From positions 32,001 to 96,000 of IMG/VR virus record IMGVR_UViG_3300037424_001372: a DNA stretch of 64,000 nt; one strand, 5' to 3'. The notes below the pieces were generated by a model. That model made no database searches. It saw nothing but the letters and a program-made list of their open reading frames with translations, and was not told the DNA's origin. The position numbers and the translations under genes are program-made. This stretch comes from a virus (Duplodnaviria > Heunggongvirae > Uroviricota > Caudoviricetes). This document shows, piece by piece, positions 38,067 through 48,385 of this stretch. Each line of letters begins with the position of its first letter. Positions within the stretch are counted from its first letter, which is position 1.

Positions 38067-39569
38067 ATGAAAAAAATAATAATTAATGATACAATTTTAT
38101 TGTTTTTAGGAATTAATGATTTTGAAAAAATCACTAAGAATGATTTAATTAATCTTAAGAAGAAATATTTAATTAAATATGATAATTGTATAATATATAA
38201 TTATTATGATTTATGTAATAAAAAGAAAATCATTAGAGATAAAATTAATAAAATAAAGTTTAATAATCAAATAAAAATTGGTGCACGTAATTGTAACATA
38301 CAATTAGTTGATAATAAAATAAAAAATGATTTTCTAAATGAATATCATATTCAGGGAACAGATAAATCTCAAATTTATTTTGCTGCATATTATAATAACG
38401 AAATAATTTCAATAATGTCATTTAATACATCAAATAAATTTATTGGAGGATTAAATGAAAATGAATATGAATTATCAAGATTTGCGATTAAATCTGGTTA
38501 TATTATTAATGGATTATTTGAAAAAATGTTAAAAAAATTTATTAACGTTTATTCGCCAAAAAAAATATTATCATTTGCTGACTTAAATATGTCAAATGGT
38601 GTATCAAATATATATGTAAATAATGGCTTTATTTTAAATAAAATTATTCGTCCTGATTATAGATATTATTCAAAAATCGATAATAGAATATATCATAAAT
38701 TTACATTTGGTACAAAATATGATAAAAATGAATCAATCTCAAATCATATTAAAATAGATAGAAAAAATCAATTAATTAAGGTTTGGAATTGTGGTAAATT
38801 AAAATATGAATTATTTATTGATAATAACAATCAAATTGTTTTTGGTTTTATTTATATGATAACCAATAAAATTAATAATAAAATATATATTGGGCAAACA
38901 ACTCGCAATATTCAAAAAAGAATTTATGAATATAAATCTGCATTTAATTTAAAAAATCATAATAATCCTCATCTATATAATGCATTTAATAAATATGGAT
39001 GGGATAATTTTGAATTTAAAATAATTGATACTGCACAAACGATTGAGGAATTAAATGATAAAGAAATTAATTATATTCAAAAATATAACACAACCAATAA
39101 AGAATTTGGTTACAATATCGAATCAGGTGGTAAAAATGCAATTCCTAATATTGAAACACTTGAAAAGATGTCCAAATCTCATTTAGGATTAAAACAAACA
39201 GAGAATTGGGTTTCTAAAAGAATTGCCATTGCTGGTAGTGACGGAGCAAAGAAATATGGAAAAGTAAAGAGTGAAGAAGAAAAAAATAATATTAGTATTA
39301 AATCACCCAAATATTGGCTAGGCAAGAATAGGGACGTTAAAACTAAATTAAAAATAAGTGAAACAAAAATGATGAATGGTTTATCTGATAGACAAAAGGA
39401 AGTGATCTGTAAGAAAGTATATAAAACTGATTTAATTAACAATGTGACAACAACATTTGAATCAGCAACAGATGCTGCAAAGTTTGAAATGGTCAATCAA
39501 TCAACAATTTCAAGATGGTGTCAAAAAAATAAGATAATTAATAACATTTCTTGGGGATATTTATTATAA
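38067..39569 (+). CDS. GNAT-like domain fused to GIY-YIG endonuclease
   Basis: YELSRFA...LSFAD...VWNCG, then GFIYMITNKINNKIYIGQT. Confidence 0.75.
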   Translation: MKKIIINDTILLFLGINDFEKITKNDLINLKKKYLIKYDNCIIYNYYDLCNKKKIIRDKINKIKFNNQIKIGARNCNIQLVDNKIKNDFLNEYHIQGTDKSQIYFAAYYNNEIISIMSFNTSNKFIGGLNENEYELSRFAIKSGYIINGLFEKMLKKFINVYSPKKILSFADLNMSNGVSNIYVNNGFILNKIIRPDYRYYSKIDNRIYHKFTFGTKYDKNESISNHIKIDRKNQLIKVWNCGKLKYELFIDNNNQIVFGFIYMITNKINNKIYIGQTTRNIQKRIYEYKSAFNLKNHNNPHLYNAFNKYGWDNFEFKIIDTAQTIEELNDKEINYIQKYNTTNKEFGYNIESGGKNAIPNIETLEKMSKSHLGLKQTENWVSKRIAIAGSDGAKKYGKVKSEEEKNNISIKSPKYWLGKNRDVKTKLKISETKMMNGLSDRQKEVICKKVYKTDLINNVTTTFESATDAAKFEMVNQSTISRWCQKNKIINNISWGYLL

Positions 39570-39683
39570 CAATGTATTAATAAAATACTATTTATTAAAT
39601 TTCGTATTGTTGACCAATTATTTATAATTATAATTAATTAGTTAAATGATGTGATATGCAATAGTTATAACATTTAAAGAAGC

Positions 39684-39911
39684 CTATCCACGTTTAATCC
39701 AGTAATTGTAAATTCCCATTCCCCATGAATATGTATAGAAAGCAGTTAACGCAACTATACCCCATTGTTCATTCGTGATTGATGTATAAAACCAAAATGG
39801 CTGCCCAATAAGTCCGATAATATAACCCCATCGCTTCCATTCTTCTTTTCGCGCAACTAACCAAATCGCAGTACATCCGAATATTAAAATCATTATTTGC
39901 GAAAAATCCAT
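39684..39911 (-). CDS. Small 3-TM membrane protein (PnuC/SemiSWEET-like half transporter?)
   Basis: Three hydrophobic helices; GIYNYW C-terminus. Confidence 0.5.
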   Translation of the reverse strand: MDFSQIMILIFGCTAIWLVARKEEWKRWGYIIGLIGQPFWFYTSITNEQWGIVALTAFYTYSWGMGIYNYWIKRG

Positions 39912-40035
39912 GGAAATAAATGTTGCCTAACACACGTAGTAGTAATACGGGTGTTAGTTGTTATTAGAATATACTACATTTTATTAAGTTCACTATTAAT
40001 TGATAGCGTATCAATCTATGTGCTATTGTCAACAG

Positions 40036-40278
40036 TTATGTGATATTAGCCAACGTCTGTAACATTTTTACACATTTATCCAAAGTATCATCAATGTCAA
40101 CATTAGCAGATGAACTTAATCCCCATATAAAATCACCAAGATACGTTATTAAATCATCATCATCTAAATGTCTTTTAATCATTTTCATGGCATCATGAAT
40201 ATGTTCGGCAGGGTCAATATAACTATACAGTTTTTCTTCTAAGATGTTTAATACATCAATTACTGTTTGTCTTATCAT
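40036..40278 (-). CDS. Hypothetical protein
   Basis: 80-aa ORF. Confidence 0.55.
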   Translation of the reverse strand: MIRQTVIDVLNILEEKLYSYIDPAEHIHDAMKMIKRHLDDDDLITYLGDFIWGLSSSANVDIDDTLDKCVKMLQTLANIT

Positions 40279-40325
40279 ATAAGAGTCTTTTTTTGTTAAT
40301 TAACATTTATACTTGTCTGTTATGA

Positions 40326-40589
40326 TTAATTAAACACATACCATTCACCATCTTCTAACAATTCTAATTGTAAATAAGGTATTTTATCAATATCTTCAAT
40401 ACTTAATTTATAATTAACATTCGGTATTAATGGTTTAAATGAATTAGAGTTATGATCATCATTATACCCATTTTCATATAAATAAAAAACTACATCCGAA
40501 TCCACCTTCTCTAGTGTTGTTTTATCCGCAATTTCATATCGATATTTATCAAATATTTCGCATATTTTTTCTTTATATTCGCTATTCAT
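40326..40589 (-). CDS. Hypothetical protein
   Basis: 87-aa ORF. Confidence 0.55.
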   Translation of the reverse strand: MNSEYKEKICEIFDKYRYEIADKTTLEKVDSDVVFYLYENGYNDDHNSNSFKPLIPNVNYKLSIEDIDKIPYLQLELLEDGEWYVFN

Positions 40590-40614
40590 ATTTATTAAAA
40601 TTAACTAATTATCT

Positions 40615-40962
40615 TTAATTTGTGGTCGATAGATATAATATTTGAGGAAAATTACCAAAAACGAACTTCGTAACATCACAAAGCCAAATTTCAAGACCTA
40701 TTCTAATTCCTCGATATTTTTCAAGTTTGTAAAATGCTCCGTTTTCAATTTCGGTAGCAAGTCGCAAAAATTCTAACTTATCACAGTTTTTAAATTTTTG
40801 TTCTGATAACATTATTAAAACTTGAGATTCACCGTCTGCAATATATTCTAGCATAGTATCTGCACCAGCAACCATTTCAAGATCAGTTTTGCTACCAGTC
40901 CATTCAGCTAAATCAATGTACCATCTATTATCACTTTCTTTGTAAAATCTTAATTTTTTCAT
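40615..40962 (-). CDS. Conserved hypothetical protein (DUF6717-like)
   Basis: WYIDL.EW...MVAGADT...WLCDV; family recalled, not searched. Confidence 0.55.
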   Translation of the reverse strand: MKKLRFYKESDNRWYIDLAEWTGSKTDLEMVAGADTMLEYIADGESQVLIMLSEQKFKNCDKLEFLRLATEIENGAFYKLEKYRGIRIGLEIWLCDVTKFVFGNFPQILYLSTTN

Positions 40963-40980
40963 ATTTTCAATTTCATTAAA

Positions 40981-41361
40981 TCAATATTCGCTAATTAAAT
41001 TAGATGAATTATCAATTAAATGCGATAATTGGCTTTCAAACATATGACCAACATTATTATCACTTAATTCACGAATTACCATCATTTTTTGAGCTAAAAC
41101 CCATGTACCTCCTTGTGATTCTGGTCGTTTATAATATTCAAAATCTTGAATTTCAACTTCAATCCACACACGATTTTTAGTTGATAAATGAGGTGCAATT
41201 GGTTTTAAAGTACAATGCCAACCTTTACGATATGCAAATCCTTTTGTTGGGTGAGATTCAGCTTCTAACCATTCACCAATAGGTATTCTACTTTGTTTAT
41301 TAATAAATAATGGAGATAAACTACCATCATTTAATTTACGTATTAATTTATATGCAATCAT
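40981..41361 (-). CDS. Hypothetical protein
   Basis: 126-aa ORF. Confidence 0.65.
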   Translation of the reverse strand: MIAYKLIRKLNDGSLSPLFINKQSRIPIGEWLEAESHPTKGFAYRKGWHCTLKPIAPHLSTKNRVWIEVEIQDFEYYKRPESQGGTWVLAQKMMVIRELSDNNVGHMFESQLSHLIDNSSNLISEY

Positions 41362-41380
41362 TTTTTATTCATTTAAATTA

Positions 41381-43930
41381 TTACTCATCTTTCCAATTAT
41401 GGTCATATATCAATTCTAAACGACTTCTTGTTATCGCAACATATTCTAAATTTTTTTCTTGGGCAAATTGCCAAGGTTTAGGTGTTTGCATAGGTAATAA
41501 ATCAGGTCTGATTATAAATACTCTATCAGCTTCCAATCCCTTAACCTTATGAACAGTACTCAAAACAATTCCTTGAATCTCATCAGTAAAAATAGAATTA
41601 ATTTTAAATTTCAAATCAACAATACTATTAGATAATCTTGCTAAAAATAATAATGTATTTACTTTATCTTCAAGAATAGCATAACCACTATGGTCATTAG
41701 GATTTAAAATACCGTCTTTTTTTAAACTATTGCGATATTGCAACAATTCATCGTTCCAAAAACTAACTAAATTCTCAACACTATTTATTTTTCCAATTAG
41801 TTCAATTAAATGCACTCCAATATCACTACCTTTAATTATGGCTTTTTTTCTTTGAACTAAAAATTCGAAGAAAAGTTTTACCAATGGCATGGTTGTTCGA
41901 CAAATAACAAAGTCACCACTTTGTGCTTCATCAACAACACTACCTTCTCGAACACATCCTTCAGGAGCATCTGGTAATGCTTTGATGTCGGGTACTATTT
42001 CCTGTGCTTTACGAATAACTGCTTTGGAGCATCTGAAAGAAGTGGTTAATGGTAATACTTTTGTATTTTCAAATTTTTCAAACCATTGAAAAGATTTATC
42101 ATCAACGGCATTGAAACCGTAAATACTTTGTGTTTCATCTCCGAAAGAAAATAATCTACCCTCAAGTTTTTTCGTAGTTCTATTACGTTTTAAAACCTTT
42201 TCAATAATTTTTATTTGACATCTATTAATATCCTGACAATTATGGGTAATAATGCCATAATTTTCAGCATTTCCTTTAAACATTGATGTCGATGTAGTTA
42301 TAAAATTATGATTATCTTCAACTGTCATATCATATGTTTTCTCTTTTTTATGAAATGTGTGTTCTTTAGTAACAACCATACAACCTATTTCATGAGTATT
42401 TATTTTCCAATAATCATTATTATAATAACCCCTATCCTCTAAACATAATTTATAATCCATTGATGGATGAATATATTCTCTCAATAAAAATGAGAGTTTA
42501 CGTGTGTTTTCTGCATTAAATTCTAACCAATAATATTTTTTATTTGAAGAAGAACTTTTGCCTGTACAAACTTTTGATTCAATATTCCAATTATTTTTTA
42601 TTTTATTTGAAAATTTAATTGAATTATCGTAACTTTTTGCAGTTGAATACAATCTGGAATAACTATTTCCTAAATTACCATCATCCATCCATGATATAGC
42701 CAATGATTGTAGTGATATGTTATCAATATAATCAATGGTATTATCCCAATAAAAAGTATTACTACAAAAAACAAATGCATTTTTATTTGAATATCCGTTA
42801 TTATAATTTTCATTTATTTCTTCATTAAAAAATTTTGCTTTCCATTGAATATATTCCTTCTGATTCTTACCGTGAATTACCCTTAATCTATATATAAAAT
42901 CTGAAATTTTATTAATATTACCATCACCTAATTTAGAACCAATAACTATGTTTTTTTGTGTATTATTTAATAATAAATGATATGGTTGTTCGTAATAATT
43001 AGATAAAACACAATCACCAATTATTAATTCATCTAATCGTTTCCAACCATTAGATGTTAAAAATTTATGATTAACTGTCGATTTTAATTTTCTTTTTCCG
43101 TTTAACATAACATAATATACATCTTTTTCACCAGTACACCAAACATCAAGAATTTTTTTATTTTCAAATATTTTCTTATTTTCATTATATGTAATAACAT
43201 TAGGTAATTTTCTTTTTTTCTCGTTCAAATTAAAAAGACTACCAATTTGTTTTTTACCATCAATAGTTGATATATATGTTTTATAAGGCAAACATTCATC
43301 GACAAACACATAATCCTGCGGAAAAAACCATATTGTATTATCTATTGCTGGTAAAAAAATCATATCAGTGTAATCATAAGTATTTCTATCAATAGTCATT
43401 GTATCTAATACTTTCAACACTCGTTTAATATCATTGGGTTTTGTTAACGGTATATCATATCTATCAGCAACAAATGGTATATAATCTGCTTTAGTGGTTA
43501 AAGTAAGTCTACATAAATTACAGAGTTTCTTAATATTATCTAAATATATTAAAACCTCTTCTTCAGATTTAAATTCATCATTTAACTTCCAAGATTTGGC
43601 TTTCTTTTGAATAATTTTATCTGACTTAAATTCATCAAAAACAATTTTATCACCATATTTTCGTTTAATCGCAGAATTACCTAAACCATATGTTGTGTAA
43701 CATCTAACATGTTCAGGTAATTTAGTTTCAAGTTCATCTTTAATATGTTTATTAAATGCTAAAAAAGTAATTGACTTATCCTTAGGTAATAATTTAACAC
43801 ATTCTACAGCAGTACTGGTTTTACCACTACCTGCTCGTGCTTTAATTAAAATATTTTCAGGTCTGTTTTTAGTAAATAAAAAAATTCTTTCTTGTTCAGC
43901 AGTTGGTTTAAAATTCATAATTTTACCCAA
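41381..43930 (-). CDS. UvrD/Rep-like SF1 helicase with intein
   Basis: ARAGSGKT, VDE|intein|CQD, GDETQSIYGF, STVHKVKGLE, YVAITR. Confidence 0.92.
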   Translation of the reverse strand: MGKIMNFKPTAEQERIFLFTKNRPENILIKARAGSGKTSTAVECVKLLPKDKSITFLAFNKHIKDELETKLPEHVRCYTTYGLGNSAIKRKYGDKIVFDEFKSDKIIQKKAKSWKLNDEFKSEEEVLIYLDNIKKLCNLCRLTLTTKADYIPFVADRYDIPLTKPNDIKRVLKVLDTMTIDRNTYDYTDMIFLPAIDNTIWFFPQDYVFVDECLPYKTYISTIDGKKQIGSLFNLNEKKRKLPNVITYNENKKIFENKKILDVWCTGEKDVYYVMLNGKRKLKSTVNHKFLTSNGWKRLDELIIGDCVLSNYYEQPYHLLLNNTQKNIVIGSKLGDGNINKISDFIYRLRVIHGKNQKEYIQWKAKFFNEEINENYNNGYSNKNAFVFCSNTFYWDNTIDYIDNISLQSLAISWMDDGNLGNSYSRLYSTAKSYDNSIKFSNKIKNNWNIESKVCTGKSSSSNKKYYWLEFNAENTRKLSFLLREYIHPSMDYKLCLEDRGYYNNDYWKINTHEIGCMVVTKEHTFHKKEKTYDMTVEDNHNFITTSTSMFKGNAENYGIITHNCQDINRCQIKIIEKVLKRNRTTKKLEGRLFSFGDETQSIYGFNAVDDKSFQWFEKFENTKVLPLTTSFRCSKAVIRKAQEIVPDIKALPDAPEGCVREGSVVDEAQSGDFVICRTTMPLVKLFFEFLVQRKKAIIKGSDIGVHLIELIGKINSVENLVSFWNDELLQYRNSLKKDGILNPNDHSGYAILEDKVNTLLFLARLSNSIVDLKFKINSIFTDEIQGIVLSTVHKVKGLEADRVFIIRPDLLPMQTPKPWQFAQEKNLEYVAITRSRLELIYDHNWKDE
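42239..43294 (-). mobile_element. Intein with LAGLIDADG endonuclease in helicase Walker B
   Basis: CLPYKT...TVNHKF...GSKLGDG...WMDDG...ITHN|C. Confidence 0.9.
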
Positions 43931-44400
43931 TTTTCGTTATTAATTCCGTTAATTAACTCATAAATTTCATATGCTGGTTCAAAATTAAATAGATTATAGG
44001 TAAGTACTTGAACTTTTAATTCTTCAATTCTATCGAATATTTTATCATTAAATAAAATATCTTTATATGGCAATGCATCACGTTTTTCAATACTATTAAC
44101 TGAAATATGATACGGTACATTCATAAACATTATCATATCGCCAACACCTTTCATATTATCGTGAAGTATGTGAGCAACCTCATCACCTAATTGACCTAAT
44201 AGTCTTTCTGAATCTATCATTAACTGAGTAGTGTTATTATCTAATCTATCATCATTTCTTTTTAATAAATCTTGAAGTATATATCTGGTGATTTCAAGTG
44301 CGAAGAAACGATCTTCTGATCTCTGTTCATAATCATCAGGTAGTTTGATGTAAGGTCTACCAAACTCATTTAAATCAATTTCATATTCAATATTAAACAT
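43915..44400 (-). CDS. Hypothetical protein
   Basis: 161-aa ORF; upstream TATATTTG box. Confidence 0.65.
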   Translation of the reverse strand: MFNIEYEIDLNEFGRPYIKLPDDYEQRSEDRFFALEITRYILQDLLKRNDDRLDNNTTQLMIDSERLLGQLGDEVAHILHDNMKGVGDMIMFMNVPYHISVNSIEKRDALPYKDILFNDKIFDRIEELKVQVLTYNLFNFEPAYEIYELINGINNENWVKL

Positions 44401-44488
44401 AGCATAATCAATTAAGTTTAACTACAAATATACTGTAATCTTTTTAATATTAAAATTTTTTTAGTATTTATATGAAAATATTCTTGTA

Positions 44489-45607
44489 ATGGCATTAATT
44501 AGTGTAGCAGATAGAAATAAATTGTATCTCCATGTTAAACATGAATTGGGTTATCCTATGAGGCCGTTTGAAATTCCTGATGAAAACATGGATTCTTATT
44601 TAGAAATGGTTATTGAGGATTATTCATCATTAGTAAACAATTGGTTAATATATCAACAATGGATTGGTTTAGAAGGTATGAATAAAGAAACTGGTGATTT
44701 CCTTGCAGCATTTACTACTAAACCAAATACTTATATGGAAAGTTTTACTTATGCATATTCACGTCAAGTAGGTTTAGGTACTAATGCCCCTGCTGCGACA
44801 GGTTGGGAGTTAAAAAGGGATTTTATTATTTGTTCGGCAAATACACAACATTATATTATACCCGCAGGAAGAGAAGTTAATGAAGTTTTGTGGGAAACCC
44901 CTCCTGAAATTGATGGTGGTTTGGTCGATCCATTTGCATTAAATGCATGGAGTGCTGGAATGATGGGAATGTCGTATCTTGGGCGACCTGCACAATATGT
45001 GCAACCAACATATTCAACATTATTGGCTGCACAAGACCGTAGAATGAAACAAAGAGTATTGCAATCGACATTAACATATCGTATTACAGGTCTTGCTACT
45101 GGTGAAAAAATGTTACATCTATATCCAAACCCGGGAGATAGGCATGAAATTGCTGGGTCATGGGGAAAACATTATGAAGGAAGAAAGGTGTGGTATTGGT
45201 ATTACGATACGATAAATAAGGATAGGAATAAATGTTTAGAAGAAAATAGTGACATCATTAAATTACCATCAGACCCACCAACAAAAACATTAGAATGGGC
45301 GAAAATGAACGATGTTGCTCGTCAACAGATTCGTAATTTCTTAATAGCTAAAATTAAAATGGTAATTGGCGGTGTTCGTGGTTTTTATTCTGGTGAATTA
45401 GGTGTCGCTGAAAAGCAATTAACTATGGATTATCGTCATTTACTTGATGAAGGACAAAAATTAAAAGAAGATACTGAAAAAATAATATTAGAACAATTAA
45501 ATAAATTAAGTCAAGTTAATTTAACAGAAGAACGTGCTAAAATTGCTGAGAACGTGAACCGCGAAAGAGGATTTATGCCTCCTATGTACCCCATCATCGC
45601 AATCTAA
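44489..45607 (+). CDS. Neck/head-completion protein (T4 gp13-like)
   Basis: ELGYP..FEI, LHLYP, IG.VRG, LLDEG pattern; virion gene context. Confidence 0.7.
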   Translation: MALISVADRNKLYLHVKHELGYPMRPFEIPDENMDSYLEMVIEDYSSLVNNWLIYQQWIGLEGMNKETGDFLAAFTTKPNTYMESFTYAYSRQVGLGTNAPAATGWELKRDFIICSANTQHYIIPAGREVNEVLWETPPEIDGGLVDPFALNAWSAGMMGMSYLGRPAQYVQPTYSTLLAAQDRRMKQRVLQSTLTYRITGLATGEKMLHLYPNPGDRHEIAGSWGKHYEGRKVWYWYYDTINKDRNKCLEENSDIIKLPSDPPTKTLEWAKMNDVARQQIRNFLIAKIKMVIGGVRGFYSGELGVAEKQLTMDYRHLLDEGQKLKEDTEKIILEQLNKLSQVNLTEERAKIAENVNRERGFMPPMYPIIAI

Positions 45608-45627
45608 TTAAATTCGAGATGATTAAA

Positions 45628-47298
45628 TTATAATATCATCTCGAATTTCATATTCCCACAATCATATACACAATGATAACCCCTTTCCATCATAATTTGA
45701 TGTTCTGTTTTATTTTTATCAAATCCTTGCTCAACCAAAACATTCTTTCTAAATTTAAATCTATGATAACGAATCAACGTATTTTTTATAAAATACCAAT
45801 AATTGATATCTGAATTACCAATGAACTTAAATCCTAATTTTAAATATAAACCACCATTACTGTAACGTCTATCTGCATATGTTAAAATAGATTTGGGTTG
45901 GTATGTTTTAACGAAATAACTAAGTAATTTACTTGCACCGCCTATTACTGTTGTGTTAAGTTTATTACAAAACCTCAGCATTTCATATTCACCATCAATA
46001 CTTATTTTATTGCCCATTGCTAATCTTTTTTTACCAAATGTCATGATTGATACTAATTCATCATCATAATATAAACCTAATTTAATTTTACCTCCTATAA
46101 ATCCTTGTATATGATTATTATTTAAAAAATTACGAATTGAATTATTATTGTTAATTTCTTTAATTTCACATTTTCTAGCAAATATTTTATTTTCAATAAT
46201 TCCTAGTTTGGATTTTATTATTGATTTAACAATATCTCTTTTATTTGCCCATTCATCTTCAAAAATATGTAGCAATTGAATACCTCGTTTTTTGCATAAA
46301 TTAGTTTTATTTAAATGAAAATCTATATTTTTAAATTTTGTTGAATGATAATAAATTCCATTAAATTCAATACCTATTTTATGCTCAGGTAAATAAATAT
46401 CTATTTCACATTTATCAATTTTTATTTTTGATGCGTTAAGGTTTAATTCATTTATTATAAAATCAAGCACCTCAAGTTCATTTATTGATGATTGTTGTGA
46501 TATTGGATAACATTCCGTACATAAATTAGTATTACTTCTTAATCTCGAAAAATAATTATTTTTTATTATTGTAAATGTTTTATGATATTTACAATAATTG
46601 CTTATTATCAATTCATTATCATGAATATTAACATCACAGTTATTTAAGTTTAAAGTATTTGAAACATTTTCAATCATTTTAATTTTAGCATTTAATTTTA
46701 TTTTATTCTTAATTGAATTAATATGATTTTTATCATATGATAAATGTTCAACACCATATTTTATTACATTAGTTTTCTTTATTTTCTCTTTAATGACTTC
46801 AGATTTAAATACATTATCAACACCATATTTATTGAATGTCGTTTTTTTTTGCTTATCTCTAATTTTCTGTACCTTCATTGGGTTATCAACACCATAATTA
46901 TTCCTACACGTTATTTCTATTTTTCTTCTAATGTCTTTTTTTTTCGATATGTGTTCATCTGAATAATATGTGATTTTTTTCTTATTTAACGTTGATTCAG
47001 ATTTATTACTACATGTAGATGAACAAAATGTCGAAAACCCCCTATTAACACTACCCAAAAATGTACAATTTTTACCACAAATAGGACATTTAGGTATTTC
47101 GTTTATATTATTAAGATATAGAAGAATTTTCTCTTTGAATAAACAACTATTTGCAGAATTATTTATTATTTTCTCATATAGTTTCGGAAGATGTTTACTC
47201 AACCATTTCTCTGTTGACTTATATCCAGACACGTTATCTGTGGTAAACCATATCTTTAATTCTTCCTCAGTGTAATTATTAACATCATTCTCAATCAT
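45628..47298 (-). CDS. Free-standing nuclease: YGVDN repeats, PD-(D/E)XK-like and GNAT-like domains
   Basis: EIDIYLPEHKIGIEFNG; EMLRFC..GGASKLL..TYADRR..VYDCG. Confidence 0.75.
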   Translation of the reverse strand: MIENDVNNYTEEELKIWFTTDNVSGYKSTEKWLSKHLPKLYEKIINNSANSCLFKEKILLYLNNINEIPKCPICGKNCTFLGSVNRGFSTFCSSTCSNKSESTLNKKKITYYSDEHISKKKDIRRKIEITCRNNYGVDNPMKVQKIRDKQKKTTFNKYGVDNVFKSEVIKEKIKKTNVIKYGVEHLSYDKNHINSIKNKIKLNAKIKMIENVSNTLNLNNCDVNIHDNELIISNYCKYHKTFTIIKNNYFSRLRSNTNLCTECYPISQQSSINELEVLDFIINELNLNASKIKIDKCEIDIYLPEHKIGIEFNGIYYHSTKFKNIDFHLNKTNLCKKRGIQLLHIFEDEWANKRDIVKSIIKSKLGIIENKIFARKCEIKEINNNNSIRNFLNNNHIQGFIGGKIKLGLYYDDELVSIMTFGKKRLAMGNKISIDGEYEMLRFCNKLNTTVIGGASKLLSYFVKTYQPKSILTYADRRYSNGGLYLKLGFKFIGNSDINYWYFIKNTLIRYHRFKFRKNVLVEQGFDKNKTEHQIMMERGYHCVYDCGNMKFEMIL

Positions 47299-47443
47299 TT
47301 TTCATATCATTTTCTAACAACACTCTTATTTTTTCAGATAATGAATACCTCTTATCTTTACAATATTTTTGATATTGATTCTTTAACTCTGGACTTATTC
47401 TAATTTTAAGTTCAGTTGTTTTATCTTTTAAATATTTTTCCAT
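47291..47443 (-). CDS. Ribbon-helix-helix DNA-binding protein, 50 aa
   Basis: Manual translation MEKYLKDKTTELKIRISPELKNQYQKYCKDKRYSLSEKIRVLLENDMKND; overlaps start of the nuclease gene. Confidence 0.65.
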   Translation of the reverse strand: MEKYLKDKTTELKIRISPELKNQYQKYCKDKRYSLSEKIRVLLENDMKND

Positions 47444-47545
47444 TTTAATTTTGAATTAGTTCCCACAAATATAAATACTATAAACTTATAAAACAACAGT
47501 ATTTATATTAAATATATTTTATGTGTAATATTTAATTGAACTTAA

Positions 47546-48106
47546 ATGAAAAAAAATAAACAAATAATTGATTTAGAAACAAATCGAATGGGTATGTTTA
47601 TGACAAACAATTCATTTAATTTGGATATAATGTATGGCAGAAATTTTCTTCAAACAGATAATGCTCAAACAGTAAAAATACATAAAATAAATATTATTGA
47701 AACTAAATCACATTCATTATATGGTCAAACAAAATCTAAAGATAAAAAATTCTTACCTCCTGTTGAATTAAGTGTTATGGTTAATATTGCTGGAGGTAAA
47801 CAAGAATATTATGGAAGTAATCAAGGTGGCATCGCTCGTGATGATAGTGGTAATATTAGTTTTGGTGTTTATTTAAAGGAATTAGAAGAAAAACAAATTG
47901 AAATTGATAGGGGTGATATTATTGAATATAATATGAGTGGTGAAAAAAATCGTTATTATGAAGTTGAAAATGCTAATAATGTTACTGATGAAACAAGTAA
48001 AACTATTGGGGGATTCAAAAATTACTGGAAAAAGATAACTGGTGTCCCCGTAAAATCTGACGTATTTAATTTTAATGATGGTGAAAAGGGCGATTTTTTA
48101 GTTTAA
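47546..48106 (+). CDS. Neck/head-closure protein (gp14-like)
   Basis: LYG...F.PPVE...GDIIEY...YYEV; position after neck gene. Confidence 0.6.
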   Translation: MKKNKQIIDLETNRMGMFMTNNSFNLDIMYGRNFLQTDNAQTVKIHKINIIETKSHSLYGQTKSKDKKFLPPVELSVMVNIAGGKQEYYGSNQGGIARDDSGNISFGVYLKELEEKQIEIDRGDIIEYNMSGEKNRYYEVENANNVTDETSKTIGGFKNYWKKITGVPVKSDVFNFNDGEKGDFLV

Positions 48107-48125
48107 ATATTTATAATTTTTAAAT

Positions 48126-48368
48126 TTATTCATCTTTCAAATATTTTGTTTTTATTTTATTTAATTCTTCTACAATCTTTTTATGTTGTTCTTTCGATTG
48201 TATTCCTAAATCATCGGCATATTCAATATAGATATCAATAACAAAGTTTAAAAACTCTTTCTCTTTATCTCTTAAATATACCGATGATTTAATGATCTTA
48301 AACAATGTCAGTGCTAATAGCAGTATAATTACCACCAATAATAATATTATAATATATAACACTAACAT
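48126..48368 (-). CDS. Small single-TM protein
   Basis: Hydrophobic N-terminus. Confidence 0.6.
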   Translation of the reverse strand: MLVLYIIILLLVVIILLLALTLFKIIKSSVYLRDKEKEFLNFVIDIYIEYADDLGIQSKEQHKKIVEELNKIKTKYLKDE

Positions 48369-48385
48369 TCAATATTTATTTTTAA

